A stretch of 63,513 bases of DNA, filler included, from Perkinsus chesapeaki ATCC PRA-425 (GCA_013115145.1; 7 parts of 7 records of this genome joined end to end with filler, not necessarily neighbours in it); one strand, 5' to 3'; counted from the first letter of the whole stretch, positions 49,882 through 62,360 are shown. A program made the numbers and translations. Notes: generated by a model from the letters alone, not told the origin.

Positions 49882-50631
49882 ATGGTCATCTACGTCATCC
49901 TCATGTGGTATCTCTGCTGGCACGTTGTCTACAGTGGCCATGGCAAACGACCGAAAATCAATGGCCAGTATTGCGCCAAAGGAAATATCATTTGGGTGCA
50001 ATTTATAGATGGCAAAGTATCAGTCGAGCTTCATGGAGATAACAGCAGCTTCGGTGTGATGTACAAGCCTTATGATTTCAACAAGAAGACTGGTTTAGTC
50101 ACCATTAAGACTCGTTATCTCCATAAAGATGCCTACAAGTCATATCCGTTTGTTAAGCATCTTTGGAACTTAACTTACGACATGACTTATGATCGCGTAT
50201 ACCTCAATCATCCGAAAGCTAAGAAACCTATTCCTCTTACGAAGAACCTTTGTTTACCTTCAAATTATCTCCGTCATCAATCCGAGCTCGGCAACTTGAA
50301 CCAGAAAGATTTCTGCTCCTCCAAAGATCAAGAAAAAAAAGGTGTAGAGGCTGATATTTGGTTCTATTCTCCTGATGAAGGGTTCGTGGCAATAATGGAA
50401 GTGCCTAAGGAGGGGTCTCTGAGAGTCCATGCCAAATATGAGCTACGTGATGGTCCTTCTGATGATCTCAAACTAGTATGGTCAGAGACAATCAATAACC
50501 ACACTACTGTGGATGTTATCCCTTTCATGGAGTTCTCAACAAGGATATATTATAATACTAAATTGGATAAACTTAATGTCAGCAGCACATCATCGAAGGA
50601 CTTTTGGACCTTCGATCCTAAAAATTGCTGA
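49882..50631 (+). CDS. Secreted two-domain protein, tandem array copy 2
   Basis: Signal MVIYVILMWYLCWHVVYS; same family motifs. Confidence 0.88.
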   Translation: MVIYVILMWYLCWHVVYSGHGKRPKINGQYCAKGNIIWVQFIDGKVSVELHGDNSSFGVMYKPYDFNKKTGLVTIKTRYLHKDAYKSYPFVKHLWNLTYDMTYDRVYLNHPKAKKPIPLTKNLCLPSNYLRHQSELGNLNQKDFCSSKDQEKKGVEADIWFYSPDEGFVAIMEVPKEGSLRVHAKYELRDGPSDDLKLVWSETINNHTTVDVIPFMEFSTRIYYNTKLDKLNVSSTSSKDFWTFDPKNC

Positions 50632-52902
50632 CACAATAAGCTTCGGCGTTTTTGGGGTTGCCCAAGAAAAGACGATATGAAAATCCAAGAAATATGTAGT
50701 CGTGCACGTCACGATTGTATGACAAATCGTTAGCCGAGTAAACCGTCTGAGGTTTATGATTATTGTGATATCAACAATAACAGTGTCACCTACCTGGCCC
50801 GTCACTCCTTAACTTTTCCCTTGTATCACTGATGGTACTTGAGTCTAGAAGGAAAGTTAATTACTAATTCAAAATCCGGCCAACTGAGAACGAAAATTCA
50901 TATTCAAATCAAATTCATAGTATCAGTAGACTATAACAACACATAATCAACAGTGTGAATCGTCTCGGATATCCATCACTGGCCACACTTGAAGCAGCCA
51001 TCACACAGAGAGCGATGATGCGATGAGTACGGCGACCTCAGAGTGCTAATAAAGGTCTTCTTATAGAGGACAACCATTAAGGTTCAATTATGTACTAATA
51101 GACTACTGCTGCAGCAGTTCAAGTGGTCATTGCCTCACCCATAGAACTTCATCGGCTTCTAAGAACTTCATCGGCTTCTAGACCCCTGCGTACTATTGTT
51201 ATTGGGGCCCTGTGGCAATACTGTCAATTATGGCAGTGAGAATCTGAGAATGGGAAGATGATTCGCTGTAAATCAGATCGATGATCTAAGGCCATTGGCC
51301 CTAGTCAGTCTCTGGCAGTAACTTACTGGTAGAAGTGATGGGTCTGTCAACGGCTCTGCGATAGAAAATTTCTGGCACAAACGTTACTAGGGAATGTTAG
51401 CTACATTATGTAACTCTGTTGTAGCGCATACTTTTCGTGCCATTAAGTAGGGGAATGTGCCCGTTTCGGGGCGGGTCTGCCTCGGCCCGTGGGTCACGAT
51501 CTTTTGAATGCTTTTTCGATGTTCGAAATTACGATCATTGAAAACAAGGGACTGTTACTACTAAATAGTAGTAACAGCGTCGCTGATAGCCTATCTAACA
51601 CTCTGACCAGGCAGGCTGGCCCCTTCTAACCACTTCTTATATTGCATGGGCTTCTAACCCGATTTGGTATTGACAAGTCGGTAACAGCACAGCATCGAGA
51701 AACAATAAACGGTCATGATGTCTCACGTAATACAAAATGCAAAGTATGATAGGGTTTGATATCATCATCATTGGCAAGTGGATAGGCATCATCTGCATCA
51801 TAACCGATGGCGTCGTAAGGGAATCTGGAGAAAAAGCTTCAAGTCTACCGAAGAGTTCAACTCACGGTTGTCCTCGTATATAATCATCAAGCTGCGGGCA
51901 GTGCTGCCCTTTCCCCTCAAAATCGAGGAGACATTGGCACTCGCAAGAGAGCAAACGGATCAACCATTCCAGTGATCTGGCACCTTGCATTGAGAAAATG
52001 CAAGAGACCAATAAAACTTTACTTTCCCATCCTTACTCTCAGCTTTCGGAAGCTTGTAAATAGTTGTATGAATCACGATCCACCAATCATCGACTTGTGG
52101 AGATCCATCAGGAAACCATAGATCCTGCATAACGGAAGGCGCTGATAAACTCTTGCGATGAGCTTGTCTAAAAACTGGACCTGATTGGAGATATTGGGAC
52201 CCTCAAGGATATTGAGCGTGAGCTGCGAGTCGCAGCCTGCGATACTAATTTCAGAACTGACAACTATCTCATAGACAACTCTATATTCTGACGAGAATCT
52301 CTCACGGAGATTTACCGCAACAACAACGCGCGCAATAGAGGGCGTTGGAAGCCGCGGGGATCTTTAATATTACACTGGTATTAACGCTTGAGAACAGCGA
52401 TTGGAGCATCAGAGACTACCGCGGGCTGACCGAATTCCAGTATCTTCCCAACTCTAGACGGTGGTTGGACGCTGAGGTAGCGAGAGATGCATCGAAATCT
52501 TAGGTGCATTTAAATCTTTTCAATCTTAGAGAACCCCACCAAGGCATCTTGGCTCGGTAAATCCGCAGTGTACTTCAGAAAAGATGAGACCGATCTTATT
52601 AGCTCTGAACACCTCCCGAGAGATGAAGAATATACATAACACATCTAGAGTGGTCACGCTTGAAGGAACGTCAACGCGATTGACCAACAAAAAAGGGACA
52701 AGATTCGATTCAAATTATGGTCACGGAATCGTGACGTATAATAATACGTCACATATTAAGCATCATAAACGGTATAAAGGAATCGTTGGGCTACTTCCGT
52801 GGTGTTTTTCAACGTCTACTTATTACAAACAGTTAACTATCAAGTGTGATATTATAAACATCCTTCTTTCAGCTACGTCATTCTTAACCCTGTTTGAGGG
52901 TC

Positions 52903-53667
52903 ATGTATCTCGTGAGCGTTCAAGCCTACATCCTTTGGTCCCTGTGCTGGTATACTGGCCACAGTCAGCCGGTGAGCGGGAGCATGTACTGTGAGGCAGG
53001 ACATATGGGTTTTCTGCATTTTGGAAATGACGACGTGGGATTAATGCTCATGGGACCGAAGAGTAGCTTCGCTGTGCCCTCTACGACCTACACAATCGAT
53101 AATAAGACTGGTTTCATAACCTTTGACGCTCCAGCTCTCCGTGAGGATGCCTACAGATCATATCCTTTCGTGAAGCACCTTTGGAATTTAACTTATGATA
53201 AGGTCGAGGATCAAATACTGCTGAATCATCCGAATGCCAAGGGACCTATCCCATTTGCGAAGGAGTATTGCGAGGTGGGAAGCGACAGCACGCATCATCT
53301 CCGTCGTCTAACCGAGTCCGGTAACTTGACCAATAAGATTTTCTGCAACTCTTCTGACCAAGGGAGGAAAGGAGTACATGCTAGATTCGGTTTCGATCAC
53401 GGTAACATTCCATTTCAAGCCTTCATGAAAGCACAACAGGGAGCATTAAGCCTGTATGACGACTACGAGCTACGTGATGGTCCTTCTGATGATCTCAAAC
53501 TAGTATGGTCAGAGACAATCAATAACCACACTACTGTGGATGTTATCCCTTTCATGGAGTTCTCAACAAGGATATATTATAATACTAAATTGGATAAACT
53601 TAATGTCAGCAGCACATCATCGAAGGACTTTTGGGTCTTCGAACCGCACAGCTCTTGCACTATATGA
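52903..53667 (+). CDS. Secreted two-domain protein, tandem array copy 3
   Basis: Signal MYLVSVQAYILWSLCWYTGHS; same family motifs. Confidence 0.88.
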   Translation: MYLVSVQAYILWSLCWYTGHSQPVSGSMYCEAGHMGFLHFGNDDVGLMLMGPKSSFAVPSTTYTIDNKTGFITFDAPALREDAYRSYPFVKHLWNLTYDKVEDQILLNHPNAKGPIPFAKEYCEVGSDSTHHLRRLTESGNLTNKIFCNSSDQGRKGVHARFGFDHGNIPFQAFMKAQQGALSLYDDYELRDGPSDDLKLVWSETINNHTTVDVIPFMEFSTRIYYNTKLDKLNVSSTSSKDFWVFEPHSSCTI

Positions 53668-54979
53668 AGTGAGCTTCCGGGAGTAGATATTGGGGGCCTC
53701 AGTTTGAAGATGCCCAATAAGAGGAGACATCCACTTCCTAAATCTACATAATCGTGCACGTCATCCTGCTTGCACGATAGCTTGTGAACCAAGTAAACGA
53801 TCAAAGGTATTATTGTGATATAACTTATATCAACTAAGCACTATTCGTTTCCTTTCTCATCACCCTTTAGCTTATTTCTCTCATGGTTGTGTCCTGATAT
53901 AGTTTCCGGGACACAGTAGTCCAGGCAGTCATTGCCAGCACGGATAAGCGAGTAGACAGTGATCTCCCAGCTAATTGCTTACTCGTGTAAGATGGAAGTA
54001 ATCCGCTGCTGGATCCGCACATTGGTGTGAGAGATATCTGCCATCTACTCTCAACCTAAGATATTCCCTTGCAGTACACCAGTAACTGGACAGGTTGTGT
54101 TTAGTGTTAGAGTTCGGAGCAGAAATAACTTGTGAAAAATCACCCACGATTACTCTTACTATTTGATAATGATAAAGAACCATCCATGAATAACGTCGAT
54201 AGCGAATGAGCGCTGTTCGTTGGTGCCCTCGAGGTTCGCCGACTCCAAAGGTTTCAGGGTTTGAATAAAAGATAAGCTTAATCCGAACTTTCACAGCATT
54301 CGACCATCAAGGTAGGCATGAAGGTATTCGAATCTCAGAAAATCGTTCGAGTCTCACCACTGGAACTGCCTCCCCTGCAACGGTGTGAACGAGTACACTC
54401 GAAGTGATACAATGCCTCTCATTCGGGAAAGGTTTGTCGAGCCCCCCAAAAACGACGACGTATTTCAGACTCGCGAGAGGTGTATTGAAAGCTTCCCAGG
54501 TTCTGTGTTGGCGGTTCGTAGCCCGGTGGTGGTGAGATCCAGCAATTCATCCTTCTGTCCTGTCAATGGGCTAGATTCTCGCCCATGATTTCTGGTGGGC
54601 TAGCAGATCGCAAGGCAACACGTCACGTGTTGCACCTGTAACAGAGAAAGGGTGCTCGGAGCCGTGTGGATGTGTTCTGGACTAAACGTCCGCGTACTTG
54701 GTTTACGTAGTGTGCTGGTTCATCGCTATTCTAGCGGTCGGGGTTAAGTTGTAGCGGTATTTAAGCACGCTTTTCTACATCGTGGAATCTACAACGTATC
54801 AACTGTCAGAAGGGACAAGCCTTTTTGTTTTACTCTATTAATGCATCATATTCCAGCGCCATCGGATGGCCAACACCGGCAATTTCAACTCGGAAGACTA
54901 ACTTGGTCATTTCAGCTAGGTAAAGTATTGTACTTCAGAAATTATTTGCCAAATCAGATTTTACTAATTTTGCCAGGCC

Positions 54980-55001
54980 AAGCTGGACCAGCTTAGCTGG
55001 T
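54980..55001. repeat. hAT-type excision footprint, perfect 22-mer (8-mer aagctggt)
   Basis: aagctgg+accagctt+agctggt. Confidence 0.85.
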
Positions 55002-55361
55002 AACAAAGACCCCCTCAATATACAGCCCGACGCAATGAAATAGAATATTTCGTATTTTTTCGATTTCTCACTCAATATTGAGTATTATCGCATTATTATA
55101 GTATTATGTACATAGCACGTCCAGTGTGGTCATTATTCAAGGAATATCAATGTGATTGACCGAAAAATAAGGGACAATTGTCTATTAAAATCATGGTCAC
55201 AGAATCGTGACGATATACTACGTCACGCATTAAGCATCGTAACGGTATAAATAAACCGTTAGGCTACTTCCGGTGATCTTGTGTGTTTCTTATTTCTACT
55301 AGAGTTCAGTATTATAAGCTCCCCCTTTTAGACACATTGTTCTTATTCCTGTTTGAGGGTC

Positions 55362-56141
55362 ATGTATCTCATGAGGGCTTATGCCTCCATCGTGTGGTCC
55401 TTCTCCTGGTATCTTGGCTACAGTCAGTCGATAAGTGATATCCGTTATTGTCACCAATATTCTACGTCTTCGGTGGATTTCATGAGTGCTAAGTACATAT
55501 CAGTGGTGCTTGATGGAGAGAAGAGTGTCTTCGTTGTAGGCCGCACAACATATAAAATCGATGATACGACTGGCTTCATCAGCATTAATGCCTCGGCTCT
55601 TCGTGACGATGCCTACAAGTCCTATCCTTTCGTTAAACATCTATGGAACTTAACTTATGATGAGGTTAAAGACCAAGTACTCCTCAACCACCCAAGTGCT
55701 GAGGAGCCTATCGCTTTCGCGAAGGAGTATTGCAAGAGGCCAAAACCCAATAAGAATCATATTCGTCATTCGCTCGAGTCCACCAATTTGACCAAGAAGC
55801 TTTTCTGTTCCTCTGTTGATCAGAGGAGGAAAGGTGTGATTGGTGATATTAGTTTCGGTTACTTGGGTATTCCATTAGCAGCCTCCATGGATGCACAATA
55901 TGGAAGAGTGACCGTGTATGACGACTACGAGCTACATGATGGTCCTTCTGATGATCTCAAACTAGTATGGTCAGCAACAATCAATAACCACACTACTGTG
56001 GATGTTATCCCTTTCATGGAGTTTTCAACAAGGATATATTATAATACTAAATTGGATAAACTTAATGTCAGCAGCACATCATCGAAGGACTTTTGGGTCT
56101 TCGAACCGCAGGAGCCTTCAAAGTGGGGTTGCCCCTTGTGA
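55362..56141 (+). CDS. Secreted two-domain protein, tandem array copy 4
   Basis: Signal MYLMRAYASIVWSFSWYLGYS; same family motifs. Confidence 0.88.
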   Translation: MYLMRAYASIVWSFSWYLGYSQSISDIRYCHQYSTSSVDFMSAKYISVVLDGEKSVFVVGRTTYKIDDTTGFISINASALRDDAYKSYPFVKHLWNLTYDEVKDQVLLNHPSAEEPIAFAKEYCKRPKPNKNHIRHSLESTNLTKKLFCSSVDQRRKGVIGDISFGYLGIPLAASMDAQYGRVTVYDDYELHDGPSDDLKLVWSATINNHTTVDVIPFMEFSTRIYYNTKLDKLNVSSTSSKDFWVFEPQEPSKWGCPL

Positions 56142-57313
56142 AATGAGCTCTTGGTGGCGGCCCAATAATGTGAGACCTCTTACATCTGTGACTGGCAGGC
56201 ACTGACTGCTGTTCTGTCAGATTCTGTGTAGTCATGCACGTCATCGTGATTGCACAATAGGTAACGAATCGTCAAGTTAACAATGAAAGGTAGCATTGTG
56301 ACGATCCACTTCCTTGCTTATCACTCTTCAACTGGATTCTCACGGTTTCATCATTCAGTATTCGCGTTGCACCAAAAGTAACCAAAAGTGTGACCATCAA
56401 CGACGACTCTTACTTATATCCAGGAAAACAGCGGTTATACGGATAGTATCCAATAATGATAGAACGTAACATTTCGTAAATAGCCACCTGCCCAGTGGCG
56501 CCCGTAAGGATCACTGAATCTTACAGTTTCGGAAGATTGATGAATCTTCAAGATTACTGAATTTGCATGAACGATTAGGTGTGAAGTTAACACCTCCTAA
56601 TCATCCATGCAAATTCGTGAACTTAACACTGTGAAGTTCAATATTATTCGATACTTAGGAGAGGACATTGAAATTTTAGATAACCGTAAGAGTCTCACCA
56701 TTATAAGCTGGTTCATGACCTGCCTCCCCTTCCACGGTGTAAGTGAGTACACTGGAATTGATACAATGCCTCTCGTTCGGAGGAGGATTATTGTAGCCCT
56801 AAAAACGACAAAATATTTCCCTGTAGACGAATGGCGGTTGTCATCTTTAGTCGACAGTCGGTTATCAGTTTCGACTATTTTTTGGATTGCAGAGTGATGG
56901 TGATATACAAGCTCTAACAAAATCTACAATGTGGGAGCAATTGAGCATGCATGTAGCAACAGCCATTTCATCTTCACAGCCGCCAGCGCTCGCCTCATGG
57001 GCAGTCATCGGAGCTGTAAGAACTTCTTAATCGGCGTCATCTCGGCGGGTAGACCGAGTTTGCAGAGATTCATCCAATCTCAGATACACATGGATTCCTA
57101 GTACGATGATATCGTAGCAAAGATTGACAGAGAATATAATCAAACGGGGACCTTTCGAGTGTTTCACGAACGGTCAATGACGACCTTCCCAGACCGCCTT
57201 GTAAATTCGATGTGCTGCTGCAGAGGCAGTGGCTATTTGATTCAAAGCTCTGGTTCGCACTTAAGAGCTTCGTTCCGAGTTTCAAACCATAACAGAAACA
57301 TAAGTAGACTTAC

Positions 57314-57445
57314 CTCATTATAGAATACATGTCCCAAATGTATATCACAATTGCCACATCTCGCCTCAGTACGAACACCATCATTATCTTTTACCAGATT
57401 AATTGAAGCACCCTCGGCACTACGATAAAAACCGGGCCACCCTAC
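57314..57445 (-). CDS. msrB: Methionine sulfoxide reductase B (MsrB/SelR) exon, partial gene
   Basis: GWPGFY...[20 protein letters not shown], followed by a GTAAGT donor. Upstream exons are lost at the contig end. Confidence 0.8.
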
Positions 57446-57603
57446 CAACAGACGCATTAAAACGGCTAAGCTTCCGTAGGTCTAGAATAGAAAATTAAAA
57501 AAATGGTGGAGAAATTAATGGACCAAATAATTAGGACGAATCATAATGGCAGAACAGAAAACAAGTAGTTAGTTAACATTGACAGAGTTATTAGACTAAC
57601 ACC

Positions 57604-57676
57604 AATAGAGTAGGAAAAGACACCTTTAATAGAGTAGGAAAAGACACCTTTAATGGAGTAGGAAAAGACACCTTTA
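57604..57676. repeat. 24-bp tandem repeat, 3 copies, cut by contig end
   Basis: aatagagtaggaaaagacaccttt x3 (one substitution). Confidence 0.92.
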
Positions 57677-57776
57677 NNNNNNNNNNNNNNNNNNNNNNNN
57701 NNNNNNNNNNNNNNNNNNNNTTAATTAATTAANNNNNNNNNNNNNNNNNNNNNNNNNNNNNNNNNNNNNNNNNNNN
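57677..57776. other. Artificial contig linker
   Basis: N-TTAATTAATTAA-N, 100 nt. Confidence 0.98.
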
Positions 57777-59275
57777 AGGTTATCGTATATTTGATTATAT
57801 ACTAGTTTGGTGGTTATTGTGTTCTTTAGTCTATACTCATAAGAAGACTGAACACGCGAATGTTAACGCGATAACCCTTCTCTTCGTTCTAGTCGTGATG
57901 TACTGCAAGAAGTAGCACATGGGTTAACGTTTTGACTGAACGTGCGTGAGGAGAGTTTATCCGCTGTATCTATGCTATGGGTGCTCAAGACTCTTGAGTC
58001 AAGAGCATATGAAGTGGCCAACCCCACCATGAAAGCTTCACTTCGCCAGATCGAGGGAGGAGTTCAAGCAGGATGGCATGGCCCTTCGTATCTCGAAACT
58101 GAAAAGTATAGTAGGTTTTATGGGCCTTGTTAATGTAATGCCGATGAACCGGCTAGATCTTACCGTTTCATATTCATGCGCCCGATGTCGCCCATCAAAG
58201 TGGAATCAATATTTTGAGTGCTAACTTGACTTAGAATAGAATGATGCCTATGAAACCCATGTCACGCAGTTAGACAGTGCAATGCTCAATCACGTGGTGT
58301 GACGCAGATACATACAATCGTGAATGGCTTACTCATCGTACATAGTCACAAACCACAAAACAAACGCACAACTGCACCCGAATTGAAAACTCTCTTCACG
58401 ACATTATCCTGATCACCCTGGTCGGTCTTTGTAATGTGGCAGTGCTGTTGTACGGTAGACTGGCTTCTTCGGGAGTCCCGGACCGGGACAGTCCCGATCA
58501 GGCCAATCGAGACATTGGGATTGTCCCTGAATTTCGGCCAGACTGTCCCTTATTTCGTAGTAATAATAGAGTATCTTCAACTTAGTGACGGATGACTCAC
58601 ATCCGTCGTAGATTGTGCTCGATCTACTATTGATATTGAAAAATCAGCGACGGCTATAGTAAGAACAGTAACTGCCCAGCAGTTAGCAAGTTAAGCTTTG
58701 GGTGAAAGTCGCAGACTGTGACTCGCAGTGTGATTGTCACACTATGTGACACTGACATCGAAAAAACGACGCGGAGCACAGTTCGTATCAATCCAGCCAA
58801 GAAAACCGATACCACCACGTTATGTGGTCCACATCGAGTTGGTCGCGAGGTAAAGATGAGGTGGACTCACGTGGCTCTCGCGTAACGTTACGCGAGAGTC
58901 TCGCGTAACGTGAGTGCTGAGCCGACACGCCCCTCGAAATTTTTGTCATTTTTTGTCCCGTAGTTGATCTAGCGACATTTGGAAATCTCGACTTGGGTGA
59001 ATGTGGAGCGTCAGATGATGATCAGTTCCTAGAGGTGCCTGAGCAGCCCCTCGTAGCTCGCCATCATATCAAAGCTACCACTTCACTTCATCAGCCTTCT
59101 GCCCCATCGCAGGGGCGCATACCTGGCGGCGTCATGCTGGCGCTGAGGCTGTCTATTGTATGCGTGCCTTAGCTATTTTAGGAGCCGCTCTTCGCCTCGT
59201 CTGCATCCTTTTTACCTTTGTTCGACTCTCACATCACGTTCACAGTCAACGGTTCACTACAAGCCTTCTCTACCA

Positions 59276-59347
59276 ATGATATTCACACTCATCATCCTCG
59301 GCTTATGCTGGTCCATTCAGGCTGACTACCCGTCCGGCTCATACTTC
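59276..59347 (+). CDS. 5' end of a secreted protein, truncated by contig end
   Basis: MIFTLIILGLCWSIQA signal followed by DYPSGSYF. Confidence 0.6.
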
Positions 59348-59447
59348 NNNNNNNNNNNNNNNNNNNNNNNNNNNNNNNNNNNNNNNNNNNNTTAATTAAT
59401 TAANNNNNNNNNNNNNNNNNNNNNNNNNNNNNNNNNNNNNNNNNNNN
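59348..59447. other. Artificial contig linker
   Basis: N-TTAATTAATTAA-N, 100 nt. Confidence 0.98.
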
Positions 59448-59535
59448 CAGCAGTATATAAGAGCAAAAGGTTACGCGAGGCGCCTCAGTTGTCAATGAGT
59501 GAGTAGCAAGTTCGAATTAAAATTGAATCTCGCTA

Positions 59536-60059
59536 TCAGCTAGAAGTGACGGCGGTCCTTCGTTCCGTTTGAGAATGCACAACTGGTCCGATGACTTGAG
59601 TGGGATTTACAAGCATCTCTTCCCACGAGATGAATCCAAGCTGATGCATAGTATAGACAGGAGAAGACGGAATGTAAATGAGGATAATTGCCACCGAGCC
59701 AATAATGAAACGTGAGCTGTGCCAATAGATGCTCTTGAGGGAAATGAAACCTCCCACAATTGAAGAGAGAAGAGAAGCCGCGAAGGCCAAAGAACGCAAG
59801 CGACTAGGTCTCGATTCAGATGCCGAGGCAGGGCTTCTGTGTTACCCAATAAACATGTCGTGCCGTAGGTTCAAATCGATGAAAGCATCTTTGAGGGAGA
59901 GCATTTCTTTGATAAGCAGCTTACACCAAGAGTGGACTTAAATCTGTCAATAAAGGTTGCAGAATTGGATGAGAGTAAGCCTAAAAGCATCATAGATTGA
60001 CGGACATGCTCCTTATCGTCTTGACTATTTAACTCATTCCTTGTATCAACGTTGTACAC
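59536..60059 (-). CDS. Hypothetical multi-exon membrane protein, 3' part
   Basis: Two hydrophobic segments (LAFAASLLSSIVGGFISL; FIIGSVAIILIYIP) preceded by helical exons. Confidence 0.4.
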
Positions 60060-60580
60060 CTTCTAGGTGAACTGAGGCGAAGGGGAGAACGAGAGGCAAT
60101 GGTTCAGGAGATTCTAGATGCTCTCAGGAAATGGCGGAGGCCTGTGAGTGCTGAAATAAATATTTGATAACGCGCTTTCGTAAGGTGATCTTACTAAGAT
60201 CCCTGGCTATCTCGTAAATCCCTCTAATCAAGCTCAGCCGATTTCAATAGGCATCTCTCAGCCTTCGCGGCCAGCAACTCCAAACAGCTCTCACTCTCAG
60301 TTGAGCCGTCCAGCCTCATATACTGATGTTGTTAAGAAGCATTCAGTCGATAATGAAGCAGCGAGGCGTAGCTCGCTGCCATGGGAAACGAAGGTCAGCG
60401 GGCCTAGGCCGGAAGTTTAGGCAAGTCATTCTTTCCACATGATGTAGAAAGAACAACTACACTAATATACAACAACACTGTAGTTGTATACGGTTCGAGC
60501 AGGATAGCTTTCGCTGCGCCAGTATCGTAAAAGAGAAGCCCTGAGGCTCGCGGCGGCACAGAATCACGAACCATCTTCGG

Positions 60581-60907
60581 GTGAGTAGTGGTCCTCAGAT
60601 AGAACTGCCCGAGGAAAGAAAGATTCCTCCGAGACTGAGCGAAATCTCTGACAATATTGCTGGGGAAGCTAGTGAGTTCTCATATACTTCGCCAGGGCAT
60701 CCAGATCACATTGGAAAAGGTATGGAACTAGCCGAGTCAGAAGTAGCAAGGGAGAAAACCGAGCTGGTGGCAGAAGTAGAAAAGAAGAACAAAGGAAGAA
60801 TGAGAAAGAAAAGGAAAGAAAAGAGGTTGAAGGATCCTGTGGAAGAGGTCAAAGCATTCGAACAGCTTATCGTGCAATGGCGGCGCAAGCTGCGCCAGGA
60901 GAGGTGA
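60581..60907 (+). CDS. Hypothetical basic/acidic helical protein fragment with an NLS-like KKRKEKR
   Basis: 108-codon open frame with coiled-coil-like composition and a GTG start; no family recognised. Confidence 0.3.
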   Translation: MSSGPQIELPEERKIPPRLSEISDNIAGEASEFSYTSPGHPDHIGKGMELAESEVAREKTELVAEVEKKNKGRMRKKRKEKRLKDPVEEVKAFEQLIVQWRRKLRQER

Positions 60908-62360
60908 CGGCTACGAGAAATCACCTCCTGTTTGTGTCTCTTGGAGTGTCTGGGCGAATTCGTGATCATGCTTCTTTGAAGCTTGTTCAAAGCCTCCAGT
61001 GAATCTCCAGTGGGCAGTTGTGCCCATTCCCGACTCGGTTGTTTCAGGCTCCGAAAGTGGCGCCCCCTACCGCCGAGGGTACAGAAAAAGCAGACGAATG
61101 AACTGCTACCGCCAGCAGAAAAGGTCCGATTGAAAGCTTCCTTGCCAGGACATGTTCAGCACGAGCAAAGACAGGACGTCGCCAGCATTGATGATGAGAT
61201 AAGGTTGATTATTTGTGCGTAAAAGCCGATAGGAGACTTTTCAGTGGTATGCTCCGCTACTCGGCAGCCACCATGGAAGTCAGACAGTATTATACGAAGT
61301 GTCTGCAAACCATTGGTGATAAAATAGCGAAGGAAAATGAATTGATAATGCCAAGACTGCGTGCTAACCGCCCTCCAAATCGAGACCACAAATGTAGAGG
61401 ACCATCCGAGATCGTCGTTGTCTCTCTTAACATCCATTTCAGATCACGACAGGTTCGTTCAAGGTGTAACTGATGACTGGGCTTCAGCTGATCTCCTGAA
61501 AAGGCGACTTACACATTTGAATGACTGGTCTGCGCTTTAATCGTTACTCGCGACGTTCCGTGTTCATTGAAAGTGCGAGGTGGCCCCAGCGGTGTAATTG
61601 AATCAACCTGATTCACTGAAGAGGTCTCTGTCACTGCAATAACGCTTCCACTGATCACCGAATCTATTCAGAGACGCAATAGCTTCTCTCCGACATAACA
61701 GGTTTCTATCAGCGATATGGACCTGCTGGTGCATTGTTACAGCTTCAAGCTGTCAGCTTACAACTGCCCGCGATAGAACAACTGCGGCAAAAACCTCTGA
61801 CCCACATAATAATGCCGTCCGACGTCAACGTCAGGCTTGGCTGTCAAATTTCGAAGCTGGAAGTTTTATAACTCCAGTAACGACTGTAACCCCAGGAACA
61901 ACTGTGAACTACTACTATAAGCAAGGATACATTATCTCAGATTTCAGACATCGAAGCAAATTCTCGTAAACCCCTGCTTCGAACTCGGATGTATGTACGT
62001 ATTATACTTTTTGAATGTATTTTATATTCATTTCTGCTATCCTAGACCAAGGCTTGGAATGCCAGTTTTGCTGTGCCACGTCCCACAATGGTAACGAAGG
62101 CAAAGGACACTCGCGCAGTCACTACCCGCATTTGAACTGGGCTTGGCATGCCCGCAGCATGGCGCCCTAAGTTAGTAAATTCGTAGCCTACGAATCGTAG
62201 GTTTTTCAGACGGCTCATGCACAATTATCCTGAACTATCTAGGAGTTTCTGTGATAAAATTTCGCTAGCGGCTCGTCCGAAGGGACCAGAGTTCCAATCT
62301 TGCAGCTGTCACCTGTGCCGTGCTGAAATTCTATCCCTCAAATGCAATTCTAAAGGGTCG

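Noticed and set aside
46066-51180. Short tandem duplications (21 bp at about 46066, 19 bp at 51143; also 15-bp period at about 6113)
   Set aside because: Ordinary slippage-type duplications with no inverted component.
52543-52560. catcttggctc resembles part of the Perkinsus spliced leader (from memory ACCGTAGCCATCTTGGCTCAAG)
   Set aside because: Only 11 contiguous bases match, the flanks differ and there is no SL RNA structure; compatible with chance.
58736-58750. gtcac-actat-gtgac as another copy of the promoter dyad
   Set aside because: The spacer is 5 not 6, it is far from the ATG and it sits next to a scar; ambiguous.
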